This document shows, one piece after another, positions 15,858 to 27,196 of a stretch of 64,000 nt of DNA. The DNA lies in NCBI GenBank assembly GCA_965603515.1, contig CBFDDH010000005.1:27886-91885 (forward strand), read 5' to 3'. Origin of the DNA: an uncultured bacterium. Its GTDB lineage: Bacteria > Hydrothermota > Tepidihabitantia > SM23-42. The notes under the pieces were generated by a model, which saw only the letters and a program-made list of their open reading frames with translations, was not told the origin of the DNA and made no database searches. How positions within the stretch are numbered: the first letter of the stretch is position 1; every line of letters starts with the position of its first letter. The position numbers and the translations under genes were made by a program.

Positions 15858-18335
15858 CTATTGCTTCTGCTTAAGCTTTTCCAGTTTTTGTTTTTTCTTC
15901 TCTTCTTCTTCGGTTAAAACCTTGATCGTATGTTCGATCTCCTCTTTGGTAACCTTTTTTCGTAATTCTTCGACATCCTGCATGGTTTTCTGGAATCTCT
16001 TGCCTTCTGCCGCGCTGATCCATTCAAGCAACAACCTTTCTGGACGTATCCCCAATTTTTCCAATTTATCCCAGAGCTTCTCTACCCTCTTCTGGGTCCA
16101 GCGGTTAGCATCGATGTAGTGACAGTCAACATAATGACACCCAGATACAACAACCATGGGCGCACCGTTTCTAAATGCACTGAGGATGAATTCTTCATGG
16201 ACCCGTCCGCTGCACATCGTGCGGATGAGTCGCTGGTTGGATGGATACTGTAATCGGGCTCCACCACATGTATCAGCACCTGCATATGAACACCAGTTGC
16301 AAGCAAAAACGATCACCTTATCCTGTGGGTCTTCAGTCAGATGTGCATCGATCTGGGTTATGATTTGATCGTCTGTAAAATGTTTCATCGAAAGTGCACC
16401 AAAACGACATTCAGCTGCACACGTGCCGCAGCCTTTGCATAAAGCTTCAACATAGGTGATCGTTTTATTCTTCGGATCGACCGTGAAAGCATTATAAGGA
16501 CAAACTTTCGAGCACATAGCACAGTATCGGCAGAGATCCTGATTCAAGGTTGATGTTATCGCCTCGAGTTTGACCTTACCTGCAGAAAGCAATGTTTCAG
16601 CCCGTGCTGCCGCTGCACTCGCCTGAGTAACCGAATCCTTCACATCCTTGGGCGCTTCAGCACAACCGGCAAAGTACACTCCAGTCGTAGTTGCATCAAC
16701 AGGTTTTAGTTTCGGATGTGCCTCCATAAAGAAACCGTCCGGGCTCTTGGATAGCGTAAGGAGTTTCTGCACCTCGGGCATATCAAGTCTTGGTGTCACG
16801 CCAACAGAAAGTACCATCATATCAAATTCATGTTCTTCGATTTTATTGGCCGTGGTATCCTCAACCATAACCTTTAAATCGTGTGTCTTTGGATCCTCAA
16901 TTATATCACCAGGGATACCTCTGATATATGCAACACCGGCTTCCTTGCTGCGTTTGAAAAGATCTTCAAAACCTTTACCAAATGCTCTAATATCGATGTA
17001 AAAAACTTTGGCTTCAATGTCAGGATAGTGGTCTTTCAGTAATAATGTGTCCTTGATCGTGTTCATACAACAGATATTACTGCAGTATGGTTTGCCGATC
17101 TTCTCGCACCGGGATCCGACACATTGAATAAAACCAACGGTCTTGGGTCTTTTTCTATCGGTAGGTCTGATAAAATGGCCGTCTGAAGGTCCACCTGCTG
17201 ACATAAGCCGTTCATATTCCATGCTTGTTATGACGTTTTCGTATTTTGTATAACCGTATTCATCTAATTCTGTAGGATCATACACATCCATACCAGTAGC
17301 AACGATTACCGTACCTACATCAAATTTAATAACCTCATCTTTCATGTCGTAGTCAATACATTTCTTGTCACATTTCTCAGCACATTTACCGCAGGCGATC
17401 GGATTTATGCCAAGACAGGATTCCATATCAATGATTGAAGCAGAGGGTATGGCCTGAGGGAACGGGATATAAATCGCCTTGCGACATGAGAGTCCCTGTT
17501 GATACTCGTCAGGGATGATCACCGGACAGACTTCAGCACAATCACCACATGCTGTACATTCTTCTGCGTTTACATAACGGGCTTTCTTGAGCACATTAAC
17601 ATGGAAATTCCCCACGTAACCCGAGATAGATTCTACCTGGCTATGTGTTAAGAGTGTTATGTTGGGATGTCGACCGACATCCATCATTTTCGGACCGAGT
17701 ATTCATATCGCACAATCCATAGTAGGATAGGTCTTTGCCAGCTGAGCCATTATACCACCGAGAGCTGGGTTTTTCTCAACCAGATATACTTTGTAACCAG
17801 CATCAGCAAGATCAAGACTTGATTGCATACCAGATATGCCACCACCGATAACGAGCGTTGCTTTAGTCACTGGTATTTCTGTCTCATCCTGAGCTTCGAG
17901 ATAACGAGCTCGAGCAATATAAGCTTTCATAATATCTTTTGCTTTCTTTGTCGCGGCTCCACGATCGTCCATATGAACCCAAGAACATTGTTCACGGATA
18001 TTCGCCATATCAACGAGATAAGGGTTAAGACCTACTGAAGAAACACACTCCCGAAATGTCGGCTCATGCATACGTGGCGAACATGCAGCAACAATAACAC
18101 GGTTGAGTTTTTGTTCTTTGATCGCCTTTTTTATCTCTGCTTGCCCAGGTTCAGCACACATATATCGGTTCTTTGCCGTGTATACGACATTACCGATTTC
18201 TTTAGCATCCTCGACGAGTTTGTCGACATCGACTGAACCAGCTATATTCGTACCACATTCGCACACAAAAACACCAATCCTTAAATCATCCTGCGGCACT
18301 TTAATCACCTCCTTTGTGGATAAGGTTATCCTCAA
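15858..18335 (-). CDS. hdrA: HdrA (heterodisulfide-reductase subunit A family flavoprotein) with a C-terminal MvhD domain. Selenoprotein: the in-frame TGA at 17703-17705 is read as Sec. The ORF track splits it into 17703..18335 and 15858..17687.
   Basis: Across the TGA the protein reads ...[26 protein letters not shown]. This aligns to the canonical HdrA ...[25 protein letters not shown], where Sec takes the place of the second Cys. N-terminal CxCGxNI 4Cys domain. GGGISGMQSSLDLADAG FAD motif. Multiple CxxCxxCxxxCP ferredoxin motifs. C-terminal MvhD (FACNWCSYAGAD...VVSGCHYVDCHY). Confidence 0.8.
17665..17682 (-). promoter_or_regulatory. SECIS-like hairpin in the mRNA: GGAUGUC-GGUC-GACAUCC (7-bp stem, GGUC loop), 20 nt downstream of UGA 17705..17703
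   Basis: Perfect stem. The GGUC apical loop resembles the SelB-binding loop of the E. coli fdhF SECIS. The identical 18-nt sequence occurs after the second in-frame UGA, at 25630-25647. Confidence 0.55.
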
Positions 18336-18338
18336 TCT

Positions 18339-19223
18339 TCATACTTTCACACTTCCATTTATCTTCTCCAATACTTTGTCTGCTTTTATTCGATGGGTAT
18401 GCAGACCAACCTGCTCGACAGTCAAACCCTGTGCAAGACCGAGCAGCTGGAAAAGATAAATAACCGGAATATTATAGCTCTTTCCCTTTTTACGGGATAT
18501 CATTATTTGACCTAAATCAAATGAAGAAAAACATGTCGGGCAGATCAAACCCATACAATCAGCACCACTTTTCTCGATCGATGCAAAGATCGCTTCAGTC
18601 ATTTCCAAGGGCAGTTCATCATCCATACATCCTTTTCCGCAACATAATACTTTTTCATGATGTTCAAGCGGGATTGCACCCATGGCAGTTATAAAGTCTT
18701 CAAGTATATCCGGGTAATCAGCATCATCAACATGCATAACCTGACTCGGTTTTAATATGTGACAACCATAATGAATCGCCACGGTAATTTCTTCAAGGGA
18801 TTTTTTTATTGATTTCTTTACTGCTTCGAGACCAAGATCATCTCTTATCATCTCAACGGCATGCTTTATTATTATCTTACCTTTATATTCCCGATTAATT
18901 CTCTTCAATCGTTTATTCACCTCATCTTTCAATGCTGGGTCTTCATTAAGGAGAAATTGTGCTTCTTTCAGAGTTGAGATACACCCGGAGCACATCGTAA
19001 TCAGCATATGTCCAGTCTCTTCAGCTACCGCTAAATTTCGAGTGGCCGTTACCAACCATTTCATCTTATCACGTGACTTGAAGTAAATAGGATCGGGGCA
19101 ACATGTAAAATTTTCAATATCAACAAGCTCAACACCTAATAGCGGTAAAGTGTTTCTCAGTGCCAATTCCATTTGAGGGTATTTGAGAGGCATCATACAA
19201 CCCCAGAAAGGCACGACCTTCAT
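18339..19223 (-). CDS. hdrB: HdrB-like subunit (two CCG cysteine-rich domains)
   Basis: 294 aa. CCPD...C and LCCGKGC / CPTC motifs typical of HdrB CCG domains. Confidence 0.75.
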   Translation of the reverse strand: MKVVPFWGCMMPLKYPQMELALRNTLPLLGVELVDIENFTCCPDPIYFKSRDKMKWLVTATRNLAVAEETGHMLITMCSGCISTLKEAQFLLNEDPALKDEVNKRLKRINREYKGKIIIKHAVEMIRDDLGLEAVKKSIKKSLEEITVAIHYGCHILKPSQVMHVDDADYPDILEDFITAMGAIPLEHHEKVLCCGKGCMDDELPLEMTEAIFASIEKSGADCMGLICPTCFSSFDLGQIMISRKKGKSYNIPVIYLFQLLGLAQGLTVEQVGLHTHRIKADKVLEKINGSVKV

Positions 19224-19273
19224 GATCGTACCACGGCTTTCTTTTCACATAATTCAATCAACACAGCAGCTCC

Positions 19274-19795
19274 TTATTTATCGATCGTTTCATCGGCTGG
19301 TGTTACTTCTTTATCTTCAAGGATTGTATTTAACTCATCGATCGGGATCGTCTTCAGTACTGGAAGCCCTAATTGCTCTCTTCTTCTGTTGATTGCTGAA
19401 GATACTGTCACACTCATGCCGGTTTTCGCAATATTATCTGAAAGCTTGGCCAAGTTGACAGGTGCAGTTCCTTTTTCTACGGCCATGTTCTTGAGGGCAA
19501 CAATCACCTCAATAGGACGCACGTCCTGCGGGCATCTTTCATAACAGGAATAGCAATTCGTACAGAGCCATATCGCTGAATCCTGACCCAGGAGTTCTTC
19601 TTCCATACCCAACAATGCCTTTAATAATATTTTTCGCGGGTTGAACTCTTTTGAAAACCTTGCGGTTGGACAGACTGCAACACAGGCACTACATTGATAG
19701 CAATAGTTATGATGCTTTCCGCCGGATACCTTATTTAGCTTTTCGCGAAATCGGTAATTTACTACTATTTTATCTTTTGCCATTTTAGCCACCAT
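19274..19795 (-). CDS. hdrC: HdrC-like 4Fe-4S dicluster subunit
   Basis: 173 aa. CYQCSACVAVCP and CTNCYSCYERCP. Confidence 0.75.
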   Translation of the reverse strand: MVAKMAKDKIVVNYRFREKLNKVSGGKHHNYCYQCSACVAVCPTARFSKEFNPRKILLKALLGMEEELLGQDSAIWLCTNCYSCYERCPQDVRPIEVIVALKNMAVEKGTAPVNLAKLSDNIAKTGMSVTVSSAINRRREQLGLPVLKTIPIDELNTILEDKEVTPADETIDK

Positions 19796-20927
19796 CTAAC
19801 AAATCTGCAATAAGCGTAACCAATTGGATGGTTTCAATCTTCACATCCTCACCTACTTTATCATCCTTCATCGCACAATTAAAGTGAATCTCACATTTTG
19901 GGCAAGCCAGCACCAAAAGGTCTGCTCCAGTCTGTTTTGCCTCTTTCAAACGTGCAAGTTGTATACTCTTCGAATATGTAGAACAGTTAATCCATGCACT
20001 GACACCACAACATATTGCACTCTTTCTGCTTCTTGCCATTTCTTTCAATTCCAATTGTGGAACCGAAGTAATGGCTTTTCTTGGTTCATCATAAATACCA
20101 AGATGCCTTCCAAGTCTGCAGGGATCCTGATAAGAAACGGTTTTGGCGAGTTCCTTAAGTTTTATTTTTCCTTGATCGATCGCTTCAGCTATGACTTCAG
20201 TAATATGTTGCACTTCAAAATTGCATTCAAAATATTTGGGATAATCAATTTTGAATGTCCGATATCCCTCAGGACACGAAAAAATAATCTTTTTTACCCC
20301 TACTTTATTGATTTCATTAATATTGTATTGCGCCAGTCTTTTGAAATTATCCAGTTCTCCACCCCATAAGAGATCATGTCCACAACAGCGTTCATTGGGT
20401 AACACTACTGGTGTGATACCTAAATGATTGAGAATTTTTATGCTGGCTTTGGCAGCTTTTATTGTATTGATCTCGATATCTTTAAAAAGGACATCAAAAT
20501 AAGGCAAGCATCCAACGAAATATAGTGTCTCACCTGATCCGGCAACCTTCAAATCATTATCGATCCAATCCATGCGTTTCTGTTGAAGATCTGGTGTCGA
20601 CATAATACGCATCAATGATTGTGCAGCACCACCATGCGAACAGATCGCTTCTTCACCGATTTTCTGTGCTTCCTGACGGGTAGCAAGGGTCAGATCGATA
20701 TAGTCGATATTGGCCGGACATCTTTCATCACAGAGTTTGCATGTCAAACAAGCCCAGATATTCTTGTCCTTTAATAACTCAAGCTGACCACTACGAATTG
20801 CTTTATTAACTAATATGCGTGGCGAATAGCCATGATTAAATCGTGATATTGGACATGAACCCGTACATTTACCGCATTCAAGACATAAATAAGCTCTGGA
20901 TTCTTTTATCGCCTTTTTAATACTCAC
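19785..20927 (-). CDS. HdrD-like fused iron-sulfur (HdrC-type) + two-CCG-domain (HdrB-type) protein
   Basis: 380 aa. CLECGKCTGSCP and CLTCKLCDERCP, followed by CCGHD... and CCG-type motifs (ICCGVSAW, CPKCEIHFNC). Confidence 0.7.
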   Translation of the reverse strand: MSIKKAIKESRAYLCLECGKCTGSCPISRFNHGYSPRILVNKAIRSGQLELLKDKNIWACLTCKLCDERCPANIDYIDLTLATRQEAQKIGEEAICSHGGAAQSLMRIMSTPDLQQKRMDWIDNDLKVAGSGETLYFVGCLPYFDVLFKDIEINTIKAAKASIKILNHLGITPVVLPNERCCGHDLLWGGELDNFKRLAQYNINEINKVGVKKIIFSCPEGYRTFKIDYPKYFECNFEVQHITEVIAEAIDQGKIKLKELAKTVSYQDPCRLGRHLGIYDEPRKAITSVPQLELKEMARSRKSAICCGVSAWINCSTYSKSIQLARLKEAKQTGADLLVLACPKCEIHFNCAMKDDKVGEDVKIETIQLVTLIADLLDGG

Positions 20928-21385
20928 TTTACATCCTCAACCTGATTATCTGATACTTTAATGACCTTCTTAATGGAACTCGGACCAAGTTTTCTGATCG
21001 TCGCGGTGAATGCTTGAGCAACCTTGGCAAACTTTGTGGCTTCGGCCGATGAAATCCAATCAAGCATGAGTCTTTCTTTTTCAATACCGATCATCGCAGT
21101 AAGTTGCTCAGTGATCTTGTGAACATCAGCTGCCTTTTTTGCACCAAACATATAATGACAATCTTCAAAATGGCATGTGGCAACCAAAACACCATCAGCA
21201 CCCAATTCAAATGCCTTCAAAACCAACCCCGGGGTCACTCTGCCACCGCACATAACCCGCACAATGCGGATATTTGTAGGATATTGAAGTCGCGAAACAC
21301 CCGCACCATCGGCAGCTGGATAAGAACACCAATTGCAGCAGAATGCGACTATCTTTGGCTCAAAATTCTCCTTTGGTAAATCCAT
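20924..21385 (-). CDS. mvhD: Stand-alone MvhD (methyl-viologen-reducing hydrogenase delta subunit-like) [2Fe-2S] electron-transfer protein
   Basis: 153 aa. FCCNWCSYPAADGAG...RVMCGGRV...VATCHFEDCHY. Confidence 0.8.
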   Translation of the reverse strand: MDLPKENFEPKIVAFCCNWCSYPAADGAGVSRLQYPTNIRIVRVMCGGRVTPGLVLKAFELGADGVLVATCHFEDCHYMFGAKKAADVHKITEQLTAMIGIEKERLMLDWISSAEATKFAKVAQAFTATIRKLGPSSIKKVIKVSDNQVEDVK

Positions 21386-21431
21386 TATTTAATCATTCAA
21401 CCTTTCAACCATTTTGTAACCATTCAACTAT

Positions 21432-24400
21432 TTAACCAAATAATGCTTCCAGCTGTGCTTCGATTTGTTCGCTCATGAAATGTTTCAAGTCAATTGCACC
21501 GGTCGGGCAAGCAGGTACGCAAGTTCCACAACCTTTACACAGTGCTTCATTGACCTGGGCGACAAAAATACCTTTTTCTTTTTCAATAAGTTCAATTGCA
21601 TGGAATTCACAGACTTCTGCACACCGACCACAACCGCGGCAATAGACCTCATCAACGATCGATGTTATCGGTGCCAGACTTATTTTATCACGGCTCAGCA
21701 GTCCAGACACTTTCGATGCAACTGCGGATGCCTGAGATATTGAATCCCCAATGTCTTGCGGGAATTGACAACAACCACATAAAAACACTCCTTCAACTGT
21801 AGTTTCAACCGGACCGAATTTCGAATGACGTTCCAGGAAGAATTTATCTGGACCCCTTGGTACTTTTAATAACTCAGAAAGGCGCAAAGAATCCTCAGCA
21901 GGAACCATGCCTACGGAAAGCACAATGAGGTCGACTGGCACACTGATCTCAGCATTGAGGTCCACTGACGAAACCGTTATCTGGTTAGCCATATCAGTAC
22001 CGGAAATCTCCGGTTCATCCTCATACGGTAAAAAGAGCACACCTAATTCCCGTGCTTTCCGATACATCCGTTCGGCACCTTTTGAATAAACCCTGACGCC
22101 GCGGTTTAATATCGCGACATCAATGCCTTTTTCTTTAAGATATATCGCCTCTTTTATTGCGGCTTGACAACAGTATCGAGAACATCCTGGATTACCAGCA
22201 TCCCCTCTCGACCCAACGCACTGTACAAAGGCAACTGATTTGATATTCTTAATATCACCCTTCAGGATCTTCTCTTCCAATTCCATATTGGTTATCACAT
22301 TCTTATATCGACTATAACCATATCTTTGGGCTGGATCGTAAAGACTAGCCCCAGTAGCTAAAACAATAGCACCTACTGTAAATTCGGTTTCTTTTCCTTT
22401 AATGTTCAGTTTTACCTGAAAATTCCCAACATAACCAGTGACATCTGTCAGCTCTGCAGAAATTAAGAATTCGCCACCTGCTTTGGTGAATTCATCGATC
22501 AATTTAGTGATAATGTCTTTACCCGGCTTGAAACTTGGATAAATACTCGATAAATCACGCACCAAACCGCCGGGAGCTTCATTCTTCTCAATGATCTTAA
22601 CCTTAAAGCCACGCAAAAGCAGGTCAAGTCCACACCTTAACCCGGTTATGCCACCACCGATTATTGCAACATCCCGGTTAACTGACAGTTCTTTCAAGTA
22701 GAGCGGTTTGAGTTCTCTGACACGCGCGACTGACATTCTTACCAATTCCTTGGCCTTGGCAGTTGCTTTTTTAGGTTCTTTCTGGTGCACCCACGAACAT
22801 TGATTTCTAATATTCGCGATATCGAAAAGGTAAGGATTTAGACCAATCATAGTCAACGAATCCTGAAAACTCGGTTCATGTGTTTTAGGCGTACAGGCAG
22901 CGACCACGACTCTATTGAGTTTGTTTTCGGCGATACGCTCCTGCAGCTTACGTTGGTCAGTTTCTGAACAGGCGAAAGTATAATCTTCCGCAAAAACCAC
23001 CCCCGGCAAAGTCTTGGCATATTCTACTACTGACTTCACATCAACGACCTTTGAAATATTGGGTCCACAATGGCAGACAAAGACACCGACTCTTGGCGGT
23101 CCGGAAATATCGACTTGTTCGATATCTGGCTCTTCAATCTCCAGTTCTTGTCCTTTGAGAAAAAGCGATGCTTTAACCGCTGCTCCGCTGGCTTCAGCGA
23201 TCGAGTCAGTAATGTCTTTGGGCCCGGTTGCACATCCGCAGACCAAAATTCCTTGTTTCGTGGATTCCAGAGGTTTAATTGCTGGCTCTGCATTCTTGAA
23301 AAAGCCATCTTGGTCAGTTTCAACACCAAGCACATCGGCCAGTTCCTGGCAACCATTGGGTGGGATCAAAGCTGAAGCTAAACAGACAGCGTCAAAAACC
23401 ATTTTTGATGAGTATCCCTGGTCGTCCTCATAATGAATGATCAAATCACCATTTTCATCTTCAATGACCTTGGATGGCTTTCCTTTAATATATTTCACGC
23501 CTTTTTCTACTGAACGATTATAGAATTCTTCAAAACCCTTACCAAATGCCCTTATATCAATATAGAACACAGTGATTTCAATATCTGGATAGTGTTCTTT
23601 CAATACCAGACTGTCTTTTATCGTATTCATACAGCATATGCGACTACAATAATTAATATCCCGGCGCATATTACGTGAACCAACACATTGAATAAATGCA
23701 AAACGGATAGGTCCTTTTCTTTCTTTGTCAAGAGCAAGTTCACCATTAGTTGGACCATCTTCACTCATTATTCTTTCCAGCTCAAAAGAGGTATAGATAT
23801 TTTTGAAACGTTTATAACCATATTCACTCGCTTCTTTAGGATCGAGATAATCGATTCCCGTCGTCACAACGATCGAGCCAATATCAAGATCAATGAATTC
23901 ATCTTCCATGTCATGAACAATAGCTTGAGGCTCACAGGCCTTTACACACTCCAAGCACTCAGCACACCCTGCGCAGTTGAGACAGCGGTCAGCTTCTTTT
24001 TTTGCTTGTAGTGCAGAAAATCCCAGCGAGACTTCATCAAAACTCTTTTTGGACTTTTCCAGATCAAGAACTGGCATTTTTTTCCGAGCGGTTGTCTCGA
24101 GACCATCCGGTATATCGATGTCTTCATCCACAACGCGCGCCGGTTTTTTCTCTCTTCCTTCTTTAAGATCAACTCCTCTAATGAATCTATCTATTGATTC
24201 AGCAGCTTCTTTCCCCGCTGCAATTGCCTCGATTACGGTTGCTGGTCCGGTCACAACATCACCACCAGCAAAAACGCCAGCAATAGTTGTTTGCAGTGTA
24301 TCTGGGTCAACTTTGAATGTTCCCCAGCGTGTTAACTCAAATTGATTTTCCTTGTTTAGAAATGAAACATCGACAGCTTGACCAATTGCCATAATAACCA

Positions 24401-25835
24401 TATCAAGATCTATGGTGAATTCAGAACCTTCAATTGGTACCGGTCTTCTTCTTCCCGAGGCATCTGGTTCACCAAGTTGCATCTTTACACACTCTATCCC
24501 GGTAACCTTGCCATCTTCACCAAAAACCTTGGTTGGCGCCGCCAAGAAATGGATTTTAATCCCTTCCTTCTCAGCTTCCAGCACTTCTTCTTCATTAGCC
24601 GGCATCTCTCGCTGTGACCGGCGATATACAATAAAAACTTCTTCTGCACCTAAACGCAAAGCAGTACGGGCAGCATCAATCGCGGAATCCCCACCGCCAA
24701 TCACAGCAACTTTTTTACCAACCGTGGTCTTATCGTCCATAATCGTTTTTTTAAGAAACTCGACACAGAATTCCACCCCCTTTAAATCCTCACCTTCGAT
24801 CCCCATGGATTTTTCCTTTGCAGCGCCTACGCCAAGGAAGATTGCCTTAAAATCTTGATCGAAGATATCTTGAATTCCGAAATCTTTACCAAGCGCAATA
24901 CCGGTTTTAATCTCAACACCCCAGCTCTTTATATAATCTAAATCGCGTTTAAGGGATTTTTCAGGTAACCTGAATCTGGGGATTGCCCAGTATAGGAGTC
25001 CTCCAGGATGATCAGTGGCTTCATAGACGGTTGAGCAGTACCCTTGTTTAGCAAGAAAATAGGCAGCCGACAAGCCAGCAGGTCCAGCACCAATAATGGC
25101 GATTTTTTCTTTGGTCAATTTTGGCATTGCCGCTGGTTCATTATCTACTGGTTCTTGGTCAGCAATGAAACGTTTTAACTGTGCTATTGCTAAAGGTTCA
25201 TCAATATCTTTACGTTTACACTCTGATTCACAAGGGTGAGTGCATACTCTTCCGCAAACTGATGGAAAGGGATTGTCACGTCTTTCTAAATCCAATGCTT
25301 CCTGTGATTTACCTTGAGATATAAGAGCAACATAGCCCTGCACATTAACCCCAGCCGGACAAGCATACCGGCACGGTGACCATCCTTTTTTATCAATAAT
25401 GAATTTATTCGGAACGGCTTGCGGATACTGACGGTATATTGCCTCATGCTTCGACAAATCCAGTTCAAACTCGTTGTCGAGTTTCACTGGACAAACTGAA
25501 GGACATTCACCACAGCCAGTACACTTATTCCAGTCAACATAAGTGGATTTGTGTTTGATCTTCACTTTAAAATTTGGAGCTTCCCCGTCGACTTGAACCA
25601 CTTCGCTGTTTGTGAAAAGTTCAATGTTCGGATGTCGACCGACATCCATTAACCGAGGACCGAGGATTCAACCAGTGCAATCCATCGAGGTGAAGATCTT
25701 ATGGATTTGTGAAGTCCGACCGCCAAGACATGGACCATGCTCAATAAGATAAACCTTAAAATCAGCATGTGCCAAATCCAAAGCTGATTGGATACCAGCC
25801 ACCCCTCCACCGATTACTAATGCTCCTTTTTGCAT
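21432..25835 (-). CDS. HdrL-like giant flavoprotein: HdrA N-terminal FAD module (with Sec), an NfnB/GltD-like NAD(P)H:ferredoxin module, a second HdrA-like module, and ferredoxin domains. The ORF track starts it at 25649, after the Sec codon.
   Basis: Real start is ATG at complement 25835..25833: [56 protein letters not shown](TGA 25670..25668)[14 protein letters not shown]. GltD-like CRYACPAG...[13 protein letters not shown] plus [19 protein letters not shown] and [16 protein letters not shown] Rossmann folds. Second HdrA core [19 protein letters not shown]...[12 protein letters not shown]-terminal 2x[4Fe-4S]. Confidence 0.75.
25630..25647 (-). promoter_or_regulatory. SECIS-like hairpin GGAUGUC-GGUC-GACAUCC, 20 nt downstream of UGA 25670..25668
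   Basis: Identical at nucleotide level to the hairpin at 17665-17682, with the same spacing from the UGA. Confidence 0.55.
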
Positions 25836-25866
25836 TATTTTTATCTATTCCTTTCTTAGATTAAAA

Positions 25867-26424
25867 TTATTGTGGATCCTTTTGTTTTTTTAGAAGTTCA
25901 AGACCAAAATTATAGCCGTGTTTAAAAGCCTTTATGTTTAAATCCAGAGCTTTTTCAGGAACTGAGCCAGGCAAAGCCTTTTCCATGGCTTCGCATGTCA
26001 CTATCCCGGTTATCGCAGTGAAGAACCCCAACATAACAACATTAGCCACAATTTTCTTGCCGAGCTGTTCAGCAAAACGCGTTGCCGGAATAAGATGGAC
26101 CTTAATATTCCCCCGGGGTGACTTGTGCTTCACTAAATTTTCGTCAACGAGTAATATACCGTTTTCTTTGAGTTCCGGTTCGAACTTATCATAACCCTCC
26201 TGGGACATGACAACCAAAACATCAGAATTAGTGACATATGGATATAGTACTTTGGTTTCTGATACCACGAGCTGAGAGCTGCAAGCACCACCCCTTGCTT
26301 CCGGGCCAAAGGATTGACTCATTGTACCATATTTGTTATCATAAAGCGAAGCTGCCTTACCGACAATTATCCCGGATCTTATAATACCTTGACCACCGTA
26401 ACCGGCGAATCTAATCTCCGCCAT
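25867..26424 (-). CDS. 2-oxoacid:ferredoxin oxidoreductase gamma subunit
   Basis: Likely start MAEIRFAGYGGQGIIRSGIIVGKAA (GGAGG 5 nt upstream), not the longer track ORF. Gamma/PorC-like fold. Confidence 0.7.
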   Translation of the reverse strand: MAEIRFAGYGGQGIIRSGIIVGKAASLYDNKYGTMSQSFGPEARGGACSSQLVVSETKVLYPYVTNSDVLVVMSQEGYDKFEPELKENGILLVDENLVKHKSPRGNIKVHLIPATRFAEQLGKKIVANVVMLGFFTAITGIVTCEAMEKALPGSVPEKALDLNIKAFKHGYNFGLELLKKQKDPQ

Positions 26425-27196
26425 TTTTGCCTCCGGGATCCGCTCCTGATCTGATTCCATGTGGGGTGAATTTCTCTCCCAACACACTGCTGAGCTGAGC
26501 ATTATATTGGTCGATAAATGTTGGTCTTTCTTTGCTTGTGAATTTGCCCACGATAATTTTGCTATCCGGTTTGATCCCCACATTCTTCGGGTCTTCACTA
26601 TTCCTTATCTCCGAGTTATCATAGTAAAAACGTACCAGATCAATATTCACCTTGCTAATACTGGTATAATAGTCAGGGCCTGGCGCCAGAATTTCAATAA
26701 CTGACAGACCTTTTTTGCCCAATGCCTCGGCAATCGAAGCGGCGAGTTCCTCAGTATGCAAAGCTGTCCAACGTGCGGTATATATTGCACTGCACGAGTT
26801 TCCAAGATGTGGGATATTGAATGGTTCTTCAAAGGTTGAATAGGGTGAGAATTTCTGAGCCGCAGAGGGTACTGATTTACCGGCGATTTTTCTGTACACA
26901 AAATTATTAATACATATCACCGTAAGTTCCATATTTCTTCGACTGCCATGCACAAAGTGATTGCCACCGATCGTCATAAGGTCACCTGCGAAGGGGACAA
27001 CTTTGAGAGCAGGGTTGGCTAATTTTAGACCAGTTCCAAAAGCAATGGCTCGACCGCGTGTCGTATGGAAATAATCAAAACCGAACCGTTTGACTGTCTC
27101 TGGTTCAAACAAAATGTCTGAAGGCACACAAACCTGGTCAGGTTTCACCCCAGCCTTTTCAAGGGCTTGGGCAAATGTCGTGATTATTTCATTCAT
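26411..27196 (-). CDS. 2-oxoacid:ferredoxin oxidoreductase beta subunit (TPP-binding), copy 2
   Basis: GDLMTIGGNHFVHGSRRN (TPP Mg-binding GDG-like). 261 aa. Confidence 0.8.
   Translation of the reverse strand: MNEIITTFAQALEKAGVKPDQVCVPSDILFEPETVKRFGFDYFHTTRGRAIAFGTGLKLANPALKVVPFAGDLMTIGGNHFVHGSRRNMELTVICINNFVYRKIAGKSVPSAAQKFSPYSTFEEPFNIPHLGNSCSAIYTARWTALHTEELAASIAEALGKKGLSVIEILAPGPDYYTSISKVNIDLVRFYYDNSEIRNSEDPKNVGIKPDSKIIVGKFTSKERPTFIDQYNAQLSSVLGEKFTPHGIRSGADPGGKNGGD

Noticed and set aside
17703-17705. TGA treated as a genuine stop separating two genes (17703..18335 and 15858..17687)
   Set aside because: The residues on both sides of the TGA align colinearly with one contiguous HdrA motif (DC..[C/U][12 protein letters not shown]). 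There is no RBS or spacer between the fragments. The same configuration recurs at 25668-25670 with an identical downstream hairpin. Selenocysteine read-through is the better explanation.
19173-24858. Plus-strand ORFs inside the minus-strand hdr genes (19173..19544, 19824..20369, 23014..23433, 24412..24858, etc.)
   Set aside because: Ser/Pro/Ala-rich translations typical of antisense frames of GC-skewed coding DNA. The minus-strand products carry all expected Fe-S and FAD motifs.
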